NCBI RefSeq assembly: GCF_004010195.1
Contig: NC_057752.1
Span: 12,036,771 to 12,091,790 of the forward strand
Direction of reading: 5' to 3'
Source of the DNA: Chiloscyllium plagiosum
Taxonomy: Eukaryota
DNA length: 55,020 bases
Shown here: piece after piece, positions 23,580-35,186 of the stretch
How the letters are laid out: every line of letters starts with the position of its first letter
Position numbering within the stretch: the first letter of the stretch is position 1
Notes under the pieces: generated by a model
What the model was told of the DNA's origin: nothing
The model's input: only the letters and a program-made list of their open reading frames with translations
Databases searched by the model: none
Program-made: the position numbers and the translations under genes

Positions 23580-26500
23580 CCACAGTTCCTTCAGGAAATT
23601 TATTTCTCACAATTAAACCTCTAATAATAAGTCATACATTCACCGTTGGCTAACCTGAACCCATCACTGTTTATCCTGCTTAGTTTAATTTCAGGTACAA
23701 GACCATTTCTGCGACAGTTCACTTGCATTTCGTGGAATGATGCAATATAGACATTCCTCCAAGGCCTGATTGTGAACATTTGATGTACTCGAATAAGTCA
23801 GAGTTGAAAGATAAATGACCTGACCAGACCAAGATAACTAGATAAAATGTTCAGAAAACCAGAAGCGTATGCAGTGCCTGGCTTATAAATGCTGTCATCA
23901 GTTCACTTTAAAAACAAAACAGGAAAAAGGTTGTGGAACTTTTGGGGGAGAAGTGTCAAAAGATAGTAGATTAAGTCAGCCGATTAGGAACAACCTGATA
24001 TACACATGAAGAGGATGTTAAAGTAAAAGTGACAGAGTACGATAATTAACTGCACAACATTGTCCATCTTCAGCATAAACTAATTACCTTGCCTTCAAGC
24101 AAGCCTTGTATAATATAGCAAGATGCCCCTATCACAAATCGAGAACAAGCCTTTGTACAACACCAATCTCAAACTGACATGTTTACATCAACAGAACCAG
24201 GCTTACAAATAAAGCCACTGTATTTTTGGGAGGTGGGATGCAGCCACCAAACTGTCTTTCAACAGTAATTTACAAACCTCTGTGAAATATAGCTTCTATT
24301 TTGTGCAATAAGCTAAAACTACATTTACAAAATATAATTTCATTTTCCTTATTTCCATTTGGTAGATCTGTTTTTCTTATCCCAGAATGTCCAGGTTCAA
24401 GGCCGGATAAAGAGGTAACCATACAATCTCAGCTACTAGTAGATGGCTCAGGCAGGTCTCTCCGCACTTGTGCGCTAGAATCTGGGTAAACAGTGCCCAG
24501 CCATCAAGCTTCATTAGTGACAAAGGAGCCAGTGCTCACGTCTGACAACTTAGACAAATGTAGAAACCCTGTAGAAGACAAAATCCTGTCTAAACATGGT
24601 ATACTTTTGTGTAAATAACAATGTGATGTACATACCAGTATCTGCTTTTACCCAGCTACATTTAATCACTTCTCCAGGGTTGCACTCCTCACTTTAGAAA
24701 CACTTATGCAACTCATCTTTTGTCTCAATAATCCTTTAAAACAATCTGGCTTATTTCTGTATAAGTGCAGCTTGTTCATTTAGTCAAGTAAAAACACTCC
24801 TGAATGTCACTTGCAAGTGCTACTCAATTTTCTATTTCACTTCAGAATTCTTTATCCATCTATTGCATACGTTTAAGGCGGTAAGAGTCAGCACTTCTAT
24901 AACTTGCTTTCTGAAATGAAATACAAGTTTACCCCCAGTACAGAACATCCACATAAGCATCAACCAGGTAGGGACACTAGGTGGGAAGGATTGTCTTTTG
25001 CAATTAGTAAAATTCCAGATCTCCATGTGACCTGTTTGTAAGTGACACCATTGGCGTCAAAGAAGTATATTTTCAACCTGCCCAGATCTGGATTCAGCAC
25101 CATATGGAATACAATGTTAATACAACCACACTGGTCAATGCTGTAAAACATTTTTAAATGCAGTTTTAAACATTTCTATTTCTTTACAACCTGAAGGGAA
25201 TGCGGATTTCCTGAGTATGAAACAATGTTACTTGCTTCCAGAGAATAAGTGCATAAAATGGCTGCTGCTGTACATGAATTCTGGTTGAATAAAAAAATGA
25301 GACAGACAGTGAATTGTTCACAGACATAAGTACCACAACTGTTGTACAGATAGTTGTACGCATATTGTGCAATATACAGACATTAAGATCTGTACTTCAG
25401 GTCAGATTGATGTCACTGCAGCATTTCCGACACATTGTAAAGTCTGGTGTAAGAGAATCAGTTTCGTACCAATGGGTTCTCCAAATGCAACTTGCATTTT
25501 TTTTTGCCTTTTTCCAAAAATTTACATCCCTCTTCAGAAGGTGTTAACTCGTGTGGAAATACAATTCCAGAGGTACCTCAAGTAACTATTCTTCAGGTAG
25601 GAACCTATATGGTGAATGTTAACAAGAAATTCCACCACTATGGTGTCAACCAAGCCACATTGCGTCTTTGCCCAATCCTGTGCTCTTCCAGCAGGAGTGT
25701 GTAATGGCCAGGATCAAGCACCTATGTTGATTTCCCCCACCTTTTTCCAAGAGTGCCAACACCGAATGCAATACCCTTACATCCAAACTGGCAGAGACCA
25801 CTGCCTCAGTACAGATCAGGGATTGAACACAAAACGTGGATTTTATGATTGAACTATTCCCTGCACAAATTCCCAAATCAGGAGCTCTACCTTGTAATTT
25901 TCAAATAAAAACCATGAAAACAAGAAAAAGGCTCAACACAGCAGGTGTGACATATGATCAGATTCAATGACAATCTAAGTTATGTATAGTTTAAGAAATC
26001 CTAATTCTTTGCTTCTACAACCCCAGGTTTTCAATGAATTAATGTGAGTGGCGCCAGTGAGGGACTCCAAATGCAACTGTCATCGCTGCAGAGTTCTGGA
26101 ACCTGAATTGACTTCCAAAAAAGACCAAGAAATAAATATGTGCTTACATAGTTTTGTGGAAAAGACCATTGAAAACTGCCTTCTTTCCCAAAGGCATATG
26201 CGAACATAGTGGAGTGAAGGTGATTACAACTTCCTGATTACATGCTATTTGTCTAATTTTAATCCACAAGTCTTCAGTTGTGCAGGTCATGATGATGGCC
26301 AATTCATCAGATCCTTGTCTATCACTTCTAGTGAGTAACATGTCGTGAACACTCAAAGACCAAGCAGGGAATCCTTTCTGGGGCAGCAGGAAGTAGGACA
26401 CCAACAGACGAAGGCCTCTGAAGGTGTACTTGATTCTTGTAGTAGTTTAGTGCCTGCTTTTGGCATGGACATTGCTGGAATTTCTGCCACTGATAACATT

Positions 26501-27036
26501 TACTCATCATCCCTGCCAACTGCATTTTCAGATTATCTAAAAGCATTTCATGAATATTAAGAAAACTGTAAAAATGCTAAGATTGGCAAAAATGGTCATT
26601 TACCCTGCAATTACTGCATGTGTACATGTAACACGGAAACATTAAGAGGACTGATGGGTGACATCATCTATTTTGAGTGTTAAATTCAAAGATCAGATGT
26701 ACTTTGTTTACATTCATCAAATATATTCACTAGATGCTTAAAATGTTGCCCTTGTTCTCATGTTTCAGGTACAAATGAAGTGATAGAGAAAACTATCACT
26801 TTTACTTTCCATTGTTATTGCTACATCGTAAAATATCTGTACAAGTGGAAATTCCTTTACAAACTGAATTATCACCCCATCCCTCCTCTCTTTAGATCAC
26901 TGGTCCAAAACAATTCAGAAAGTACTTCAGAGTATCATTTGATAGTTGGAAACCCAGTTTTTCAAAGGAAACGCTGTGTGTGCATCAAGCCTGCTACCCT
27001 GTGTGAACCTAAATGTTTGCAACAAAAGAAAGTGGT
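23580..27036 (-). other. VDR: Putative VDR 3' UTR up to the first canonical AATAAA (23599-23604)
   Basis: Repeat-free stretch after the stop codon; I found no minus-strand AATAAA before 23604 (ATTAAA at 26258, 24661 and ~23683). Confidence 0.5.
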
Positions 27037-27299
27037 TCACTGATCGACATCATTGCTAAATACCTCAAGCACAAGTGGTGTAAGGTGTGTGTTACAATCA
27101 GGATTAAAGGTCAGAGACTGGAACTGTTTGGAATGTTCCTCGCTCAGGCTTCGGAGGTCTGTCAACTTCTGGATCATCTTCGGATACAATAACCGATTAC
27201 CTGGAGGAGGATGTTTGGCTCGGATGTATGACTGAAGAGTTTCGGATAACCCATCTTGAATACGCTCCACTTGAACACGGTTCTGTACTCCGGGACGAT
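27037..27299 (-). CDS. VDR: Vitamin D receptor, last coding exon (LBD helices 9-12, AF-2)
   Basis: Acceptor ttttcag|AT CGT CCC; (D)[86 protein letters not shown], colinear with the human VDR C-terminus. Confidence 0.97.
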
Positions 27300-27419
27300 C
27301 TGAAAATATACGCAGAAACAAAAGATTGTGGCTACAGTTTTCACAATGGGAATAAACAGCCAAAAGCAGAGAAGCAACAGGTGACAACTATGAAGCAGTA
27401 GGTTGTCAGCCTGAAGCTA

Positions 27420-27700
27420 ATACTTGAACTCAAGTACAGAATCTAGTCTGACACTCTGGTACCATTACCAAGGGAATGCTGCAGTGTTAGAGGTGCTGTG
27501 TTTTGGATTAGACGTTAAACTAAGGTCCCATCTCCTCTCTCATATGGACAGGAAAAAAACTTTTTAAAGATTCTTCATTCTTCACAGATCAGTGCAATTC
27601 CCTTGTGAGTGAAGATCTGTCACCACATGTCAATCGACATTAAAAACAAAAGGATTCCTGGTCATTTATCTGATTGCTGAGCACAAAATGATTGTTGTGT
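27420..27700 (+). mobile_element. DeuSINE (AmnSINE1/SacSINE1-like) relic
   Basis: gggaatgctgcagtgttagaggtgctgtgttttggattagacgttaaactaaggtcccatct resembles the Deu-domain consensus as I recall it; a second relic lies on the minus strand at ~34845-34930. Confidence 0.6.
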
Positions 27701-28448
27701 TGTGACAGTTGTGAAAGATGGAATTTTTCTTTCTTCTCTGACCTGTATGAAAAATTACTGCTGGACAAGAGATTAATCAAACAACTAATCTACTGAAAGG
27801 CATCAACAAGGTAGAAAACAAGAAATACGTCTGAAGGAAACCTCTTGTCCAGGTTATCCTTTCAGAATAGCAAGCCTATCACTCCCCCAACCTGCTCGGG
27901 AACGTCAGGGAGCTCCTGGCAACAACGTGTCACAAATGGTCAAACTGACCTAAATGCAGCTCTTCAGAGGCTAAATTCATCGTTTAGCTTTGTTTTATGC
28001 CATGATTAGATTTCAGACATGGTGCCTGAATTAATCTGATACAGGCAACAAATGATAATTTAATATTCCTATGATGCTCAGTATCTGCTACTATGTAAAC
28101 GTTTTAAATTTCGCAAGTTGGGCTGAACTGTGTCCTCAGGAGGTATTAAGCCCAAATCAAAAGCTGACATTGGAGTGAAGCTTTTAAGAAATTGATCTTC
28201 CAAAATTCTCTACATTCTCGAACACCATTATTTTATAAAGGACAGGGAACAGAAAAACAGAACAGAACAGAAAACAAGGAACTAAAGCCCATGCTCACTG
28301 GTTGGTGAAATCCTGGAATCTATGATGTAGTAATTAGATTGCAATATGATTTATGAAAGCAAAATTGTATTTAACAATTTTATTAGAGTTTTTGGGATTG
28401 TAACTTGCAGCATAGAAAGTTGTGGCGTATTTCAATTTTTGGAAAGTA

Positions 28449-30641
28449 TTCTACAATATACTATGCTATACTAACTGCTGTGTACTTACCACCACAAGCA
28501 AAAGTTGAGGAAGCTCTGGATGTGCTGTACTCCACCACCAACACCCTGGAGACAGAACACCCCGAGGCCCTGTTTATTGTAACTGGTGACTTCAATCAAG
28601 CCAATCTAAGGAAGGTGCTGCCCAAGTACCACCAGAACATTACCTGCCCCACCAGGGGCCCGACCACTGCTACACCACTGTGAAGGATGCCTACCGCTCC
28701 ATCCACCACCCTCATTTCGGGAATTCTGACCACAATGCCATGGTTCTTCTCCCAGCTTACAGGCAAAAGCTCAAGCAGTAGACCCCCTCGTGGATACAGG
28801 TCGAGTGCTGGTTGGAGGAGGCAGAGGGTCAACTCCGGTGCTGTCTGGAATTGGCTGATTGGGCCATGTTCAAACAGGCCGCAGGTACCTTGGACAAGTA
28901 CACTATCACCGTCACAGCCTTTATCAGCAAGTATGTGGAGGACTGCATACCGAGGAAGTCAATCCGGGTGTTCCCCAACAGGAAACCCTGGATGAATCAG
29001 GACATACAGAACCTGCTAAAAACCAGGCGTGAGGCCTTCAGATCAGGAGACCCACCCAAATATAAGGAACCAAAGTATGACCTTTGCAGAGCCATTAAGA
29101 CAGCCAAGGACCAATACTGATCCAAACTAGAGACCCAGACAGACACCCGGCGACTATGGCAAGGACTGAATGACATCACAGGTTCTAAACGGAGACAGTG
29201 CAAGATAGCAGACGATGACATATCCTTCCCAGATCATCTCAATGCCTCTATGCTCACTTAAAGCAGAATTTTGGCCGAGAGGTAACATCTATTCTGACAA
29301 GTCCTGATGAACCTATCCCAACAGTCACTGCAGAGGTCAGATCAGTTTTCCTTCGTGTGAATCCAAGGAAAGCGATGGGACCAGATGGAGTACCAGTCCA
29401 TGCACTCAGAGCATGTGCAGATCAACTGGCAGAGATCTTCTCGGGCATCTGCAACCTCTCCCTGCAGCAGGCCACTGCTCCTGCCTGTTTCAGAGGGCCA
29501 ACATCATCTCTGTGCCTAAGGCAGCTCATGCAGCATGTCTCAATGACTACCGCCCAGTGGCCCTAACCTCGGTGGTCATGAAGTGCTTTGAAAGGCTGGT
29601 CATGGCATTAATCAACTCCAGCCTCCCCACTACTCTAGACCCACTCCAATTTGCCTATTGGACCAACAGATCCACGTCAGATGCCATATCACTTGCCCTT
29701 CACTCCTCCCTAGAACATCTTGACACAAGAACATCTACGTAAGAATCCTACTCATTGACTGCAGTTCAGCCTTCAATAATATTATCCCCGTGAGACGGAT
29801 TACTAAACTTAGTGATCTTGGACTAAGCCTCACTTTCTGCAACAGGATCCTCAGTTTCCTGACCCACAGGCCACAATCAATGAAGACTGNNNNNNNNNNN
29901 NNNNNNNNNNNNNNNNNNNNNNNNNNNNNNNNNNNNNNNNNNNNNNNNNNNNNNNNNNNNNNNNNNNNNNNNNNNNNNNNNNNNNNNNNNNNNNNNNNNN
30001 NNNNNNNNNNNNNNNNNNNNNNNNNNNNNNNNNNNNNNNNNNNNNNNNNNNNNNNNNNNNNNNNNNNNNNNNNNNNNNNNNNNNNNNNNNNNNNNNNNNN
30101 NNNNNNNNNNNNNNNNNNNNNNNNNNNNNNNNNNNNNNNNNNNNNNNNNNNNNNNNNNNNNNNNNNNNNNNNNNNNNNNNNNNNNNNNNNNNNNNNNNNN
30201 NNNNNNNNNNNNNNNNNNNNNNNNNNNNNNNNNNNNNNNNNNNNNNNNNNNNNNNNNNNNNNNNNNNNNNNNNNNNNNNNNNNNNATAGAATCCATCTAC
30301 CAGGCCCGCTGTCAAGGAAAGGCCGCCAGCGTTCTCAAAGATCCATCCCACCCTGGCAATGTTTTTCTACAACCTCTACCATCGGGGAGAAGGTACAGAG
30401 GCCTGAACACACCCACCAGCCGGTTTCAAAACAGTTTCTACCCTACTGTTGTTAGAATACTGAATAGATTCACAAACTCTTAACATTCGCCTGTACCTGT
30501 GTGTTTGTTTTTGCCGCTGTTTCCCTATTATTTAGTTATCTATGTTACTTAACTCTGGGATCTGCCTGTATTGCTCACAAGACAAAGCTTTTCACTGTGT
30601 CTCGGTATACGTGACAATAAATTCAATTCAATTCAATTCAA
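28449..30641 (+). mobile_element. Rex1/Babar-clade LINE, 5'-truncated and frameshifted, containing an assembly gap
   Basis: [52 protein letters not shown]; (ATTCA)n tail; TSD GAAAGTA at 28442-28448 and 30642-30648. Confidence 0.9.
29890..30285. other. Assembly gap (396 N)
   Basis: Run of N. Confidence 1.
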
Positions 30642-31159
30642 GAAAGTACCACACTAGAGGCTATTACACAAAATCAAGAAATTGGGGAAGTATATTAAGA
30701 TGGACTAACAAGTGGTGAAAGACAGATTAACAGAAAACAGGGTTAAGTAGAGCATTTTCAGAGTAGCCAGCTGTAATTATTGTGGTACCACAGGGCCAGC
30801 GTTTAGGTCTAAGGTATTTGCAACCTATATCAATGACTTACACGAGGGGACTGAGTAATGCTTCCAAGTTTGATGAAGACACAAAGCTAGCTGGGAAAGC
30901 AAGTAATGAGGAAATCATAAAGAGGCTGTAGAGTGATACAGGAAGGTTAAATGAGTGGACAAAAACATGACAAATGGGATAGTGTGAAGTTATCTATTAA
31001 AGAAAAACAGAAAACCAGAATTTAATTTTGAATGATAAGAGACAAGGAAATGTCGGTATTCTGAGTGACCTCACTATCATTGTATATGATTTAAAAAGTT
31101 AATCTTTGTACAAGGAGTAATTAGAAAACCAAATATTAGAGGGACTGATATGGAAAAGA

Positions 31160-31580
31160 AAACATGTGAATTAAGAAGAGGAGTTAGCCTTCAGGCTCCG
31201 CCATTCAATAAGATTATGGTTGGTCTGATGACTGCACATACACATTTACCAAGGTAACTTTGATATCCTTGCTTATCAAGAATCTATCTGCCTTTGCTTT
31301 AACAATATTTAAAGATTGTACATCCACTGCCTTTTGAGGGAGAGAATTCCAAAGACTCTCAATCTTCTGAGAAAAGAAATCCTCATCTTGGTCTTAAAAG
31401 GGCAGCCCGATTATTTTTAAATAGGGATCCCTAATTCTAGACTAACTCTTCCATAGGAGGTAGCATCCTCTCCACATTCATCCTGTCAAGACCTCTCAGG
31501 ATTTTATACATTTCAATTTCTTGTTGCTCCAAACTCTAGCAGATACAAGCCTAGCCTGTTGAACCTTTCCTTATGAGACA
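31160..31580 (-). mobile_element. Old CR1 3' fragment
   Basis: Minus ORF MSHKERFNRLGLYLLEF; tail ccattcaataagattatgg. Confidence 0.75.
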
Positions 31581-31659
31581 TTCCAAGTATTTTTTTTAGC
31601 ACAAATAGTATTGGGTTCGCTGTTATAGCCAGTCCCTGGGGGAGGGTTCCCAATGCTTT

Positions 31660-34150
31660 ATAGAACATAGAAAAGTACAGCACAGAACAGGCCCTTTGGC
31701 CCACAATGTTGTGCCGATGTTTAAGCCTAATGTAAAATATAATAACCTAACCTACACACCCCTCAATTCACTGCTATCCATGTGCATGTCCAGCAGTCGC
31801 TTAAATGTCCCCAATGACTCTGCTTCCACCACCACCGCTGGCAACGTATTCCATGCACTCAACTCTCTGCGTAAAGAACCTACCTCTGGTGTCTCCTCTA
31901 TACCTTCCTCCTAATATCTTCAAACGATGACTTCTCGTACCAGTCAATCCTGCCCTGGGGAAAAGTCTCTGGCTATTGACTCTATCTATCCCTCTCATTA
32001 TCTTGTACCCCTCGATCAGGTCTCCTCTCTTCCTCCTTCTCTCCAGAGAGAAAAGTCCAAGCTTATTCAGCCTCTCCACATAAGGCAAGCCCCCCCAGTC
32101 CAGGCAGCATCCTGGTAAACCTTCTTTGCACCCTCTCCAAAACCTCTGTATCTTTCCGATAGTAGGGTGAGCAGAACTGGACACAATATTCCAAGTGTAG
32201 AGTCACCAGGGACTTGTAGAGCTGCAGCAAAACCCCGCGGCTCTTAAATTTGATCCCCCCGTTAATGAAAGCCAAAACACCACATGTTTTCTTAACAACC
32301 CTATCCACTTGGGTGGCAACTTTGAGGGATATATGTACTTGCACACCCAGATCCCTCTGTTCCTCCACACTGCCAAGAATCCTGTCTTTAATCCTATATT
32401 CAGCATTTGAGTTCAACCTTCCAAAATGCATCACTTCGCATTTATCCAGGTTGAACTCCATCTGCCATTTCTCGGCCCAGCTCTGCGTCCTGTCTATGTT
32501 GCGCTGCAGCCTGCAATAGCCCTCTATACTATCGACGCCACCTCCAACCTTTGTGTCATCTGCAAATTTACTAACCCACCCATCAACCTCCTCATCCAAG
32601 TCATTTATAAAAACTACAAAGAGCAGAGGCCCAAGAACAGAGCCCTGCAGGACCCCACTCAACACTGTCCTCCAGGCAGAATACTTTCCATCTATAACCA
32701 CTCTGGCCTTCTGTCAGCCAACCAATTCTGAATCCAGATAGCCAAATCTCCCTGTATCCCATACTTCCTGACTTGATGAATGTGCCTACTGTGGGGAACC
32801 TTATCAAATGCCTTGCTGAAATCCATATACACCACATCCACTGCTCGACCGCTGTCAACCTGTCTTGACACCTCCTCGAAGAACTCAATAAGATTTGTGA
32901 GGCATGACCTACCCCTCACAAAGCCATGCTGACTGCCTTTAATCACGCTATGCTTTGCCAAATAGTCATAAATCCTATCCCTCAGAATTCTTTCCAAAAC
33001 TTTGCTGACCACAGACGTAAGGCTGACTGGTCTGTAATTGCCAGGGATTTCCCTATTCCCCTTCTTGAAAAGTGGAATAACATTCGCCTCCTTCCAATGC
33101 TCCAGTACGACTCCCATGGAGAGTGAGGAGGCAAATATCCTTGCCAGCAGCTTAGCAACCTCCTTTCTCGCTTCCTGGAGCAGCCTGGGATAAATCTGGT
33201 CTGGCCCTGGGGACGTATCAATCTTAATGTTTTCCAAAATTTCCAGCACATCAACTTCATCAATCTTGATCTGGTCAAGATTGTATTCCAGCTCCTCTAA
33301 GTTTTCACTTACAACAAGTTCCCTTTCCTTGGTGAAAACCGAAGCAAAAAACTCATTTCGGGCTTCCCCTATCTGCTCAGACTCCACGCACAAGTTCCCT
33401 CCGCTATCCCTGATCGGCCCTACCTTCTCCCTGATCATTCTCTTATTCCTCACGTATGAGTAAAATGCCTTTGGGTTCTCTAATCCTTCCTGCCAAGCCT
33501 TTTTCATGTCCCCTCCTGGCTCTCCTCAGTCCATTTCTGAACTCCTTTCTGGCAAGCCTGTAATCCTCTAAAGCTAAGCTAGATCCTTGCTTCCTCCACC
33601 TTACATAAGCTGCCTTCTTCCGTTTGACGAGAATTTCCTTTGTTCTTGTCATCCAAGGCTCCTTAATCTTACCCATTCTCACCTGTCTCAGAGGAACAAA
33701 TTTGTGCATCACTTGCAACAACTACTCCTTAAACAGTCTCCACATGTCTGCTGTGCCCTTTCTGTGGAACAATTGCTCCCAGTCTGTACTTCCCAACTTC
33801 TGTCTAATAGCATCATAATTTCTTTGTCCCCAATTATATATCTTCCCTCGGTAACTGCCCCTTTCCCTCTCCAAGGCTATGGTAAATGTGAGGCAGTTGT
33901 GATCACTGTCACCAAAGTGTTCTCCCACCGCGAGATGTGACACCTGGCCGAGCACCAAATCCAAAATGGCCTCTCCCCTCATCTACATACTGAGTAAGGA
34001 AACCCTCCTGAACATACCTGACAAAAATGGCTCCTTCCAAACCATCTGCACTAAGGAGGTTCCAGTCGATATTGGGAAAGTTGAAATCACCCATAACCAC
34101 AATCCTGCTACTTCTGCATTTTTACAGAATCTGCCCGCCTATGAGTTCTT
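31660..34150 (-). mobile_element. CR1 LINE ORF2 (partial APE + RT) and 3' UTR, relatively well preserved
   Basis: ORFs 33909-34100 (GDFNFPNIDW), 32692-33507 (PGNYRPVSLTS, YMDFSKAFDKVPH), 32063-32701 (QGSVLGP, FADDTK). Confidence 0.97.
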
Positions 34151-35186
34151 ATGGTTCCAGTTAGATACCCCAAATTATTAGGTTGCTGGGTGAGGACAGA
34201 TGAACTGGCTCCCTGACTTCATTCACTTATCCCATCTTGTTTGATAGCAACAGGTTATCTAAAAAGGATCCCCTTCCTTATGGATAATTTTCTCCAAGAC
34301 AAATGAATTTAGGTTTTAAAAGGAACTAATTTAAACAGTCTTTCTTGAGTTAAAGAAGAGTGAGTTCATTAGTTACTAAATGCAAAAATGTAATCGTACA
34401 TTTGGATGAGAAATGAGAAGTGAATAGAAAAGCTTAAAAATATATGGATCAGTCTCTGGTTTAATCTTGGTGGAACATTAAGGTTGTTGCATTGGGTACT
34501 ACCAGTAGTGTTTCTTGGTTTTGCAAGTTAGCTGAAATTCTTTAGTTCCGTTTAGCTTCAACAGTGGCTGGTTTCCAGCACTAAGTGCTAGTTATTATAC
34601 CATTTTTCCTGCAGTGCAAGGGTGTTTAATGGCTGACCTAAAGCTGTGACTTTCCCAGCCCATTACTTGACACTACCACATCGGTCCACCAACACACAGA
34701 CCAAGGGGTGCAGTTGATTTTTAACCTGTTTTATTTCTAGAAGGACAAAACAAAAAAAAATTGACTTGTGTCCACAATTTGAAATATAAACACTAGGAGA
34801 TGTTTTTATTAGGCAAGACAGGCTCTTGATGCAAATAAGCATTTGAAGAGGCAGATGCCATCGCAGTTTAGTATTTTATCCAATCATAAGAGAGCACCTC
34901 TGACAATGCAACACTAGATTTTTAGCACAGATTCAAATGCTACAATCAGGGAAAGACCGAACAAAGTCAGGATGAGCTTACTGTTGTGCGGGATCTTCCA
35001 GTATGGATCACTGGATAACAGCAGCAGCTGGAATCCTGGCTGGCATTAATTCTCACCTACTTGGGTTCAGAAAATTCAAGGGATCAATACAAGGGATCAA
35101 CACAAATGGTCTGGATGAATCACTGAGCCATCAAGAGGGTCATCACTGCTTTCCACAGAATTCTCATATTTTGCATTTGAAGCAGT

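Larger units (their letters stand above)
28330..31140 (+). mobile_element. Old CR1 RT fragment (28330-28448 and 30642-31140) hosting the Rex1 insertion
   Basis: CLTILLEF-like before the insertion; KVPH..LLHKI and YINDL..KFDEDTKL after it. Confidence 0.7.

Noticed and set aside
25314..25876. Cluster of 70-78 aa ORFs downstream of VDR
   Set aside because: No recognisable protein similarity or exon structure; lies in the putative 3' UTR
27300..27387. N-terminal part of ORF 27037-27387
   Set aside because: Intronic; the real exon begins at the AG acceptor at 27301-27300
27700..27935. 13-14 bp inverted repeat (ttgtgacagttgt / acaacgtgtcacaa)
   Set aside because: Short, imperfect and without a TSD; could be chance
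29790..30455. Long ORFs of 139-221 aa
   Set aside because: Artefacts of the N gap
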